A DNA stretch of 25,539 nt from a virus. Each line of letters begins with the position of its first letter. The stretch's first letter is position 1. Shown in pieces: positions 12,122 to 19,591 of the stretch. The notes under the pieces were generated by a model. It ran no database searches. It was given only the letters and a program-made list of their open reading frames with translations, and was not told the DNA's origin. The DNA lies in the IMG/VR virus record IMGVR_UViG_3300040801_005248, positions 1-25,539 of that record; one strand, given 5' to 3'. Position numbers and translations under genes: made by a program.

Positions 12122-13816
12122 TCACATCCAAACGACCCAAATATTCAGGGCATACGTCCCACTGCCGCCCACCCGATACGCCACAAACGACCCGTCAGTT
12201 TTCAACTTGAGCCAGAATTGACTACCCCCAATATTATAGCCCCCGCTGGTGCCCAGGGAGTAGGACCCACTGCCCGCCACGCCACTGCTGGTTCCTTCCT
12301 TCCGTACCACAAACATCGTCCGTACCGCAATCTCAACCGCTCCCACTGGCAAAATCTCCACCTCAGACGTGCTAATCCCTGTAAACTCAAAATACAAGCC
12401 CAGGCTGGTGGCCTCCACCGTCCGCAGACCAGCATAAACCATATTCCAATCAACCGCCCCTGCCGGCAAACTCAATTGATTAGAGCCGGTCATCTCTTCC
12501 TGTGCTTCCAATAAATCTACCAATCCAGCTACATCGCCCCAACCAGCTCCCCCGCCCCCCAGCTCCCCAGCCTCCCCGCTTTCATCCCCGCCCCCCCAAC
12601 TCCCCCGGGCCAACGTCGCCCCCACTTCCAGACCCCCCACCGTGATTTCCTGCTCAAACACCCCCGCCCCACAAATTTCCCAATAACGCACCACCCGCGC
12701 CGACGAAATGGCACTCCCGCCCCACGGCGGCACACCCACGCTAACCACATCATGCACCCGCAACTGATAATTTGGCCTGGTTAGCAATTTGCCCGTAATC
12801 CGTTTGCTCAACCACAAATCCAACTCAGCCGAAGCCCGGGCCTCGCACTGGGCCGAAGTGGTCAAAGTCGAATCCCGTACCACCAGCCAGCGATAGCCAT
12901 GCGCTGAAACCTCCGCGCTATCCTCAGCCGTACCCGTCACCCCGTCGCCCTCGACCCTAACCGCATTGTACCGCGCCGAAGCCTGCGCTACCTCAGTGCC
13001 AGGCAGAAGCGGATGGCCCGACCCGTCCCAGGCGTAAGCGTAAGCCCCGCCCTCCCCGTCGGTTAGCCGCCGCGCGCCAAACACGCCGCCCGGTTTGGCG
13101 TAAAGCTCAAAGTCAGTCTTATTCATCAGCGACCGTACCAACTGATCTGCGTTGGTGAATTGCCCCGCCGTAAAATCAACTGTCACCCCAAACAAACCGG
13201 CATCAAGGCCGGTCAGGCCCGCCGCCCTCAATATCGCATCCACAATCACGGCCACATCTTGCCCCGCCCACGTCGTTTCCGTTTGATACCGGAATCGCCG
13301 TAACTTGCCCCAGCCATCCAAACAATGTACCAGCACCAGCCCTTGACCCGCATCGTGGACAAATTGCACACTTTCCACCCACACGCGAGGCAGAGCTTCC
13401 AGCACCCGCACCCCATTCAGCCATTGGCCCCGGCTCAAATCCACCGCCAGCCCCGGCCAGGCCCCCGCCGTGGCTCCAAATTGATTACCCCGATTGTCCA
13501 ACCACAGCGACAAGCCGCCCGGCTCTCTAGCCACTTCCTGATAACGATAGCGCACCACGTCCGCCGACAAATCAGAGCCGCCCATCAGCAAAGAAACAAC
13601 CGGCGAGTTGGTAATCAGTACCTTTTGTGCCGCTTCCAGGCTGTAAGCGGGTGCAGGCCGAGGCCCAAAGCCGACCCGCAACACAAACCCGGCCAACAAG
13701 TCTGTTGACCGGGCATCATAGCCAATGGTCTGAATCCTCTGCGCACCGGAGCGATAGGCATCAGGATCAAAATGCCGTACATCCGGCAGATAAACAGACC
13801 GTCTACCAACAAACAT
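12122..13816 (-). CDS. Large tail protein (564 aa), function unresolved
   Basis: Last and second-largest gene of the virion module. The C-terminus is Gly-rich and beta-rich. No specific motif recognised. Confidence 0.6.
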   Translation of the reverse strand: MFVGRRSVYLPDVRHFDPDAYRSGAQRIQTIGYDARSTDLLAGFVLRVGFGPRPAPAYSLEAAQKVLITNSPVVSLLMGGSDLSADVVRYRYQEVAREPGGLSLWLDNRGNQFGATAGAWPGLAVDLSRGQWLNGVRVLEALPRVWVESVQFVHDAGQGLVLVHCLDGWGKLRRFRYQTETTWAGQDVAVIVDAILRAAGLTGLDAGLFGVTVDFTAGQFTNADQLVRSLMNKTDFELYAKPGGVFGARRLTDGEGGAYAYAWDGSGHPLLPGTEVAQASARYNAVRVEGDGVTGTAEDSAEVSAHGYRWLVVRDSTLTTSAQCEARASAELDLWLSKRITGKLLTRPNYQLRVHDVVSVGVPPWGGSAISSARVVRYWEICGAGVFEQEITVGGLEVGATLARGSWGGGDESGEAGELGGGGAGWGDVAGLVDLLEAQEEMTGSNQLSLPAGAVDWNMVYAGLRTVEATSLGLYFEFTGISTSEVEILPVGAVEIAVRTMFVVRKEGTSSGVAGSGSYSLGTSGGYNIGGSQFWLKLKTDGSFVAYRVGGSGTYALNIWVVWM

Positions 13817-13825
13817 TAATCAGTC

Positions 13826-14275
13826 CTACTCTTCAAAAATAAGCTTGGCCCGCACGTTGACCCCCGCCGGAGCCGTGCAGACTATCCCCAGCCTGTCCCC
13901 GCCGCCAATAATCGGCTCCTGTCCCAGCGGGTAGCGTATCTCATAGCCCTGTTGAGGATGAACTTCAATCACATCCAGGGCATCGGACGTTGTCGGTTCA
14001 GCCGTGGCCGTATGCTGGGCCGATGTTTGGAGCGTTTCGGCCAGACTGTCATCCAACTTAACCGGGGTCAGGCTGGACATTGTGCCAGCCGTGCTTTGCC
14101 GGCTGACAGTCACCTGCACCGGTTCAGCCGTGACCGATGTCCCGTCAAAAAACACGCCCCAGCCCAAGACCTTCACCCGATGATTGGCCGGAGCCACAAT
14201 TTGCAACACGGTTTTGGCCGTAGCCGCCGTAAGAGCGACCTCGCTTGTTTGCGCCACACCAATAAATGCACTCAT
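13826..14275 (-). CDS. Small beta-rich virion-associated protein (149 aa)
   Basis: GAGG lies 5 nt upstream of ATG 14275 (GTG 14281 is also possible). It sits within the tail module. Confidence 0.6.
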   Translation of the reverse strand: MSAFIGVAQTSEVALTAATAKTVLQIVAPANHRVKVLGWGVFFDGTSVTAEPVQVTVSRQSTAGTMSSLTPVKLDDSLAETLQTSAQHTATAEPTTSDALDVIEVHPQQGYEIRYPLGQEPIIGGGDRLGIVCTAPAGVNVRAKLIFEE

Positions 14276-14290
14276 AGTCACCTCAATTGA

Positions 14291-14340
14291 GAATTAAGAA
14301 TTAAGAATTAAGAATTTTTGACCCCTGACCCCTGAAACTC
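14291..14340 (-). repeat. In-register heptamer repeats, no hairpin (R3)
   Basis: Plus strand: (GAATTAA)x3, GAATTTTT, (GACCCCT)x2, GAAACTC. Sense strand: (AGGGGTC)x2 then (TTCTTAA)x3. Confidence 0.85.
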
Positions 14341-14346
14341 GTTTTG

Positions 14347-14535
14347 ACCTCCCCCCCCACCCCCTCTACCACCACAGACCCCCCACCCCCCTTGCAGGAG
14401 TTGGAAAGCTGTAAACAAACCAGAAACTTCAAGCTAAACCGCAACATCCAGCGAAAGAACAAGGACACACAGCCAAGACACAGCCAAGAGACAGCCAAGA
14501 GACAGCCAAGAGACAAGGCAAAGACAGGCCAGACA
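14347..14535 (-). repeat. Composite intergenic element, copy A
   Basis: Block 1 (14347-14399) matches 21338-21390 at 51/53. Block 2 (14417-14485) matches 21409-21477 at 68/69. Tail of 11-mer repeats (AGAGACAGCCA)x3. Confidence 0.9.
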
Positions 14536-15996
14536 CTACACCCGCAGGTGACGCACCGGGCGAGGCGAGGCCACCGACCGCCCCGGCCACGACTTACCCG
14601 CCACGTAATCAATCGCAATCTTCGGCCTGTAACCAGCCGTGCCATTGTTCGAGCTATGCCATATCCGAATATTGGCCGCGCCAACGCCAATGATGAAACC
14701 GTGGTTTGTCCCACCAGCCCCAAACGCCGCCGCCAGCCTGTCCGCATCCAGGTTCGACCCTGTTAACAAATCAGCTTGAGCCTCAGTGTCCGCACTGGAT
14801 ACCGGATAAGTAATCGAAGGCGGGCTGGCATCCGCTTCATAATCCGTCCCACTGGTACCGCCCCCGCCAGAGCCGGGCCAAGCCGTGCTGGTTTTGTAGT
14901 CGTTCCAGGTCGCCGTTTCTTCCCAATCCGACACATTAGCGTGAAGCATATAAATATCAAACGCCTGTGTTCCCGCCGTGCTGTTCTTCGACCACAAACT
15001 CAGCGTTGCCGCCGTACAGGTCGCCCCCGCCGGGATAGACGTCAAATCAAATTTGACCAGGCCATGCCGAGACCCCAACCCCATTTGAATTTCAGAACTG
15101 GTGTCATAGGAATTATTTGGCAGGGATGAAAATATAAACGTGTCCTGAGCCGAAGCCTCCGCCGGTTGGTCGCTAAACGTAGGATCAAACACAATCGGCC
15201 CCGGCGGCAAAGCCTCAAGGGCCAGCACAGGCGCCCCCACAAACAAAAAGAGCCGCCCATTCTGTCTATAAAACTTGCGCCGTAGTCGCAACTGAGCCGC
15301 GCCAGCATAAGCATAGTCTACCGGCATAAAGCCCAGCAAATCACCATTGGCCGAACGCAGGTTCAACCGTTCTTCTGTCTCAAAGCCGCCCGTTACATCC
15401 TGAATCGCCCCGTCAACATCCCACCGACCAACGCCGCCAGCATCCAATTCAAACAGGAAGCCAAACATCGTTTCAGCCGCCGGCGTCACCGGCCCAGGGA
15501 GCGAAGCCCGCGCCGATTCGGATAGCCAGACTTCTTCCTTCAGCCGCAACCCCGACAATTGCCACCGGAGCGAAATACCGGGCATTACGCCCAGCCAGTA
15601 AGCGGTTAGCCCCACCGCTTGACCATCCAGCCTATCCACCCCTTGCGTCAAATCGGCCCGGTCATAAACCGCCGACGCCACCCGCTGAAAGCCAGACGGA
15701 TGCAAATACCCCGCCCCCTCCAGACGGCTCATTATCCAGCCTTGCCCCTGACGGCCACCAAAGCCCACCCAGCCATCAGCCGCCTTGCCCCCAGGCTGGC
15801 CCAGGGCAAAATGCCAGCCGTTGCTTGTTACGCGCCACCCGTCCAGGTTGTCATTATTCACCCGCTGAGGCGACAGGTTGATGTCATGCACCCAATCCGA
15901 ACCATAATGAAGCGGTGTCCCCAGCCGAGCCGTAAAGCGTTCGCCCTGACCCAACCGCAAATGTTTCCCGGTCTGCGTTCTGGCAAACTCACTCAT
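14536..15996 (-). CDS. Tailspike/fibre-like protein with C-terminal DNRLRE (CBM96-like) domain (486 aa)
   Basis: AQDTFIFSSLPNNSYDTSSEIQMGLGSRHGLVKFDLTSIPAGATCTAATLSLWSK...VSDWEETATWNDY follows the DNRLRE-domain pattern. ATG 15996 gives an ATGA overlap with the upstream stop. Confidence 0.55.
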   Translation of the reverse strand: MSEFARTQTGKHLRLGQGERFTARLGTPLHYGSDWVHDINLSPQRVNNDNLDGWRVTSNGWHFALGQPGGKAADGWVGFGGRQGQGWIMSRLEGAGYLHPSGFQRVASAVYDRADLTQGVDRLDGQAVGLTAYWLGVMPGISLRWQLSGLRLKEEVWLSESARASLPGPVTPAAETMFGFLFELDAGGVGRWDVDGAIQDVTGGFETEERLNLRSANGDLLGFMPVDYAYAGAAQLRLRRKFYRQNGRLFLFVGAPVLALEALPPGPIVFDPTFSDQPAEASAQDTFIFSSLPNNSYDTSSEIQMGLGSRHGLVKFDLTSIPAGATCTAATLSLWSKNSTAGTQAFDIYMLHANVSDWEETATWNDYKTSTAWPGSGGGGTSGTDYEADASPPSITYPVSSADTEAQADLLTGSNLDADRLAAAFGAGGTNHGFIIGVGAANIRIWHSSNNGTAGYRPKIAIDYVAGKSWPGRSVASPRPVRHLRV

Positions 15997-16652
15997 ACCC
16001 AGCCCCGGCCTCGTCTGGCCCATTTGTCCTTTGGCGTTTCAATCCGGCTTTGCCCCTGCGCCGCCTGATTGCCCGCTTCATCCATCAGCCAGGCTTTAAA
16101 TTCGGCCACCCGCTCATTGCCCCAGGCCAAAATACGCCCCGTCACCTGTCGGCCCAACGTCACCTGCTCTTCCAAATCCAAAGCGCGAGTTTGGGCCGCA
16201 AACCCCGCCGCCCCCAACTCAAGCATACTCAGGCCCACCGAATTGAAACTTGTAGCGACCGCCCCGTCCAAGTCAGCCAGAATGTGGAGCGTCCCATAGA
16301 ACACCCGTACCACATCCCCCGAACTCGGCTCATAGCCATCAGGGAAATAAATCACCTGACTATCACGCCACCACTCAAACCGCCGCCAGTTTGGGGGATA
16401 CTCAGGTGCAGAAGCCGTATAGGGCGACCACACCCGTTGAACCACCAACACATCAGACAGGGAGCTAATATCTACCTCACGGCCATTCGCCGCCAGCGTC
16501 ACCGTCCCCATCGTCTGACGAGGCAGTACTTGGCTGTACTCATGCGCCGCCTGTCTAATGCCATTGTCCAGCGCATCAGCCGACCAGATGTCATTGGCCA
16601 CATCAGCCAGGCGTATCTCTACCCTATCCCGGAGCGTTGCCAAATTTGTCAT
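15993..16652 (-). CDS. Virion protein, possible head-tail adaptor (219 aa)
   Basis: AGGAGG lies 7 nt upstream of the ATG. Position is between head and tail genes. No diagnostic motif. Confidence 0.6.
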   Translation of the reverse strand: MTNLATLRDRVEIRLADVANDIWSADALDNGIRQAAHEYSQVLPRQTMGTVTLAANGREVDISSLSDVLVVQRVWSPYTASAPEYPPNWRRFEWWRDSQVIYFPDGYEPSSGDVVRVFYGTLHILADLDGAVATSFNSVGLSMLELGAAGFAAQTRALDLEEQVTLGRQVTGRILAWGNERVAEFKAWLMDEAGNQAAQGQSRIETPKDKWARRGRGWV

Positions 16653-16665
16653 AAAAAAACCTCCT

Positions 16666-16750
16666 GGAAATTGGGAATCAGGAATTAGAAAGGCCCACTC
16701 CCTAACCCCTAACCCCTAGCCCCTAATTCCTAATTCCTACCCCCTACTTC
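16666..16750 (-). repeat. Heptamer repeat spacer, seven sense-strand TAGs at 7-nt spacing (R4)
   Basis: Plus strand 16702-16750: CTAACCC x2, CTAGCCC, CTAATTC x2, CTACCCC, CTACTTC. The last CTA is the real stop of gene 16744-17016. The left arm GGAAATT GGGAATC AGGAATT is partly complementary. Confidence 0.85.
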
Positions 16751-17016
16751 CCCTTTAAATAATCCACCAAATCACCCAGCCCCACCGTATACTTCTGCCC
16801 CGTCCACAAGACCAGGGCCACGCCATCAGCGTACACCCGAAACTCTAAAATCTGCTTGGGGTCTATGCCATCGTGTTCGCACACATCATGCCCCGCCCCC
16901 TCTAAAAATTGCCGCGCCGCCTCCACCTCTTTTGGAAGATTAGTTTCCAACTTATCTACCTGTAGGTGCGTCTTTGAAGCCCTAGCCGTTCTCTTTGTCG
17001 CTTGTTTCGCCATCAC
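16744..17016 (-). CDS. Hypothetical small virion-module protein (90 aa)
   Basis: AAAGGA lies 7 nt upstream of ATG 17016. The longer 17070 start lies in repeat sequence. Confidence 0.55.
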   Translation of the reverse strand: MMAKQATKRTARASKTHLQVDKLETNLPKEVEAARQFLEGAGHDVCEHDGIDPKQILEFRVYADGVALVLWTGQKYTVGLGDLVDYLKGK

Positions 17017-17044
17017 AAATCCTTTCTTCAGGAGCAGGGAGCGA

Positions 17045-17094
17045 AGCCGCCCCCTAACTCCTAAACTCAAACACTCAACTCAAACTCAACCCTA
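17045..17094 (-). repeat. Irregular (A)AACTC-type short-repeat spacer (R5)
   Basis: Plus strand: CTAACTC CTAAACTC AAACACTC AACTC AAACTC AACCCTAA. The sense strand is G/T-only rich with multiple TGA/TAG. Confidence 0.7.
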
Positions 17095-17490
17095 ACACCG
17101 CCACCGCACCAACACCGTCCCCGTAATCGTCGGCGACGAGCCGCCCGCAAAATTCAAATCAAAATTGTACCGCCAAAACGCCGGAGATGAAGCGTTCTCG
17201 TCCTCGGCTTCGGCCTGATGCGTCCCCGCTAATTTGGCCGAATCGTCCGGACGGAGCAGAACCGTGCCGGCACTGGTGCCGAGTGCGCCAGCACTAATTG
17301 GCGTGTTGGTGGTGGTGCCATCGGTGATATTTAAATCCAAGGTTACGGCCGTCGGCGAACCGGCCACCGCGCTTTGATACACCACCACGCTATCTAGCGT
17401 CATTGGCCCATCAGCCGTTTGCAAGGGTACAACGTGAATCGCGTCGGCATCGCCTTGCGTACTCAATTCAAAAAAATGTTCAACTAACAT
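17092..17490 (-). CDS. Small beta-rich head/virion protein (132 aa)
   Basis: GGAGG lies 4 nt upstream of the ATG. It sits immediately downstream of the capsid gene, so a decoration or accessory role is possible. Confidence 0.6.
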   Translation of the reverse strand: MLVEHFFELSTQGDADAIHVVPLQTADGPMTLDSVVVYQSAVAGSPTAVTLDLNITDGTTTNTPISAGALGTSAGTVLLRPDDSAKLAGTHQAEAEDENASSPAFWRYNFDLNFAGGSSPTITGTVLVRWRC

Positions 17491-17502
17491 ACTGCCTCCG
17501 AA

Positions 17503-17572
17503 TAGAAATTAGAAATTAGACGTCAGATGTCAGCAGTCAGATTACCGACTACCGACTACTGACTACTGCTTA
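17503..17572 (-). repeat. Ten in-register heptamers including a hairpin (R6)
   Basis: Sense strand: TAAGCAG TAGTCAG TAGTCGG TAGTCGG TAATCTG ACTGCTG ACATCTG ACGTCTA ATTTCTA ATTTCTA. The first TAA is the capsid gene stop. 17522-17540 pairs with 17545-17563. Confidence 0.85.
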
Positions 17573-19591
17573 CGCTACATTATTTTTGTGAATGCCCCGA
17601 TAGCCATCCACGCCCACGGCAAATTCATCACGGACTTTAATCGGGAGCTTATCGTTGGTGAACATCAGGCCGCCCAATTCACTTTGAGCCGTGAAGATCT
17701 CCGGAAGCGGGTGTTCCCGACCGCTGGCATCCTGACCATAGGTCATATGGATGACCGGGAAAAGCATCGGGTCAACGATGGCGGCCCAATCCGTGGCGTC
17801 AGTCCAATCAGGCACGGCCACCGGCACCGGACGAGGGTCAGCCGGGCCACGGTCATTGTAATTGGCGTCGTGAGCCGTCGGCACGGCATCGCTGTAGCCA
17901 AAATTATCCAGGGCTTGCCGATACAGATCGCCCGGCACCAGACAGTACTTAGGCCAGAAGCCCAGGCGTTTACCGCTTCCAATTTCAGTCTGCTTGAAAA
18001 CCGCCAACGAAGCCGCATTCCAAGCGGTCGTATCCGAACCCAAAGCCGTCGTCAACAAGTTGTTATGGTCGGCGTGGAACAAGGCCGTACTGTCCTGGCT
18101 TAAGGTCGGGCCAACGCCGCTATTGCTGGTAAAAATGGCACTGACCGCCGCCGAACGAGTACGCACCGCCGCCACCGCCAGAGAGCGAGGCACAACCTGA
18201 AGGCGCTGGATGTCAGAGTTCAAAATCATATTGCGGGTGATGGACAGATAGCCGCCTTTTTTGTCCCAGCTGTCGCTCTCTTTGGCGTCGTCAATCTCAA
18301 GCTCGGTGTAGGCCGCCCCATCGCTCACATCGGGCAAATCCCCTACCCCCCCAAAAGAAATCCACTGCATGTCGTGTCTACTACCATCGTTGGGTTCCAG
18401 CTTGGTAATCAACTCAAACCAGCGATACAGCTGTAAGTAGGTCCAGTGCTGAATAATGACCTTATTCATAGCGTTGACCGCCATCCCCGGCAACGTCACC
18501 GGCGAGGCCCCCGCCAACTCAACCCGGCTGGCATCAAACACACCGTGAAACGCGACATCACCAGAGGCGGCCACATAAATATCACGGAAACTGCGCCGGT
18601 TAGGCGGAGGCGTATCCGCCCCATCCACCCCAAAAATCCAATCAACATCATTTTGCGCCCGGTCAAGACCCGTTACTTGGCCCTCCAACCGGGTTCCTGT
18701 CTCCCGTTCCCGGGGAGCATGGCCCATCCCGGTCACGGCAGAGCCTTGGCCCAGCCGTTCCAGGGCCGATTGCAGGTCATCAATCTTTTGCTCAAGCCGA
18801 GCCGTGGCCTGGCTATCCGAGTCCAGATCAACAACCTGCGACTCGCCAGACAGAGCCGCCTCAATCAGCCTCGCAATGCGCCGCTGATAGGCTTTCTGGT
18901 CACCGTCCCGTTGCAATTGCTCATCGAAAACCTCTACAAGCTCATTCAGCAAGCCCTCATTGCTGGGTTCGTGACCTTCCTCATAAGTCACTTTCGTTTC
19001 TTCAGTACCACTCATAGCAAATTCCTCCATCAATAATTTATTAAGGCTCAATTGAGCACGAGCCATAGATAACATTTCCAACAAACGACCATCAGCCGCC
19101 GGGCCAAAAACCACATCGCAACTAATCACCTTCTGAATTTCAGTCAGCCGCCTGATACCCTCCCCATCTTCTTCAAACGCTCCGTAAAAATGGAGACTAA
19201 AGCCGATGTCGGGCACGGCCGCGCCAGTCTCCGCATCTTCGACCAAATCGTCCAGCAGTTCAGCCAGCCACGCCAGATCAGAGCGACTATACAAACTCAG
19301 CTTACCCGTTACGTCCCCGTCAGCATAAGTCACGGCAGAGAATACCCCCGCCGTTTTTTCAACTGAAGGCGACTGGAGCCAGCCGGGATGATCCACCAAA
19401 CAGCCCGCCCCCTCGAACAAGCCCCGTTCAACCGCATCCTGTAACACCGGAGCCGGAATAAATATATCCCCCGGCGTACCGTCCGCAAACACCACCCGCC
19501 CCGCTTTAATCAAGCGTACCAAATACTGCCGCCGTTTGCCGGTGGCCGCCAGCGATATCTCACTCTGGAGTCTCATTACTTCCACTGTCAC
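17570..19591 (-). CDS. Major capsid protein (HK97-fold-like C-terminal half) fused to a long N-terminal protease/scaffold-like region (673 aa)
   Basis: Position is directly after portal. The middle is a charged coiled-coil (EEGHEPSNEGLLNELVEVFDEQLQRDGDQKAYQRRIARLIEAAL). The C-terminal ~330 aa show capsid-like patterning (KKGGYLSITRNMILNSDIQ..LFHADHNNL..YCLVPGDLY). The start is uncertain (GTG 19585 has the best AGGAGG spacing). Confidence 0.6.
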   Translation of the reverse strand: MTVEVMRLQSEISLAATGKRRQYLVRLIKAGRVVFADGTPGDIFIPAPVLQDAVERGLFEGAGCLVDHPGWLQSPSVEKTAGVFSAVTYADGDVTGKLSLYSRSDLAWLAELLDDLVEDAETGAAVPDIGFSLHFYGAFEEDGEGIRRLTEIQKVISCDVVFGPAADGRLLEMLSMARAQLSLNKLLMEEFAMSGTEETKVTYEEGHEPSNEGLLNELVEVFDEQLQRDGDQKAYQRRIARLIEAALSGESQVVDLDSDSQATARLEQKIDDLQSALERLGQGSAVTGMGHAPRERETGTRLEGQVTGLDRAQNDVDWIFGVDGADTPPPNRRSFRDIYVAASGDVAFHGVFDASRVELAGASPVTLPGMAVNAMNKVIIQHWTYLQLYRWFELITKLEPNDGSRHDMQWISFGGVGDLPDVSDGAAYTELEIDDAKESDSWDKKGGYLSITRNMILNSDIQRLQVVPRSLAVAAVRTRSAAVSAIFTSNSGVGPTLSQDSTALFHADHNNLLTTALGSDTTAWNAASLAVFKQTEIGSGKRLGFWPKYCLVPGDLYRQALDNFGYSDAVPTAHDANYNDRGPADPRPVPVAVPDWTDATDWAAIVDPMLFPVIHMTYGQDASGREHPLPEIFTAQSELGGLMFTNDKLPIKVRDEFAVGVDGYRGIHKNNVA

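Noticed and set aside
12202-13842. Multiple 60-130-aa ORFs on both strands inside the 564-aa tail gene (and similar ones inside terL, portal, capsid and tailspike genes)
   Set aside because: These are typical shadow ORFs of long GC-rich genes. All are nested in a much longer, contiguous frame with proper coupling to its neighbours.
14301-14766. ORFs 14301-14747 (-) and 14344-14766 (+) running through element copy A; likewise 21426-21827 (-) and 20936-21409 (+) through copy B
   Set aside because: They translate low-complexity repeat DNA (poly-G/P/T/Q strings) and overlap the ends of real genes in other frames. The two copies also differ by indels that would break any shared reading frame.
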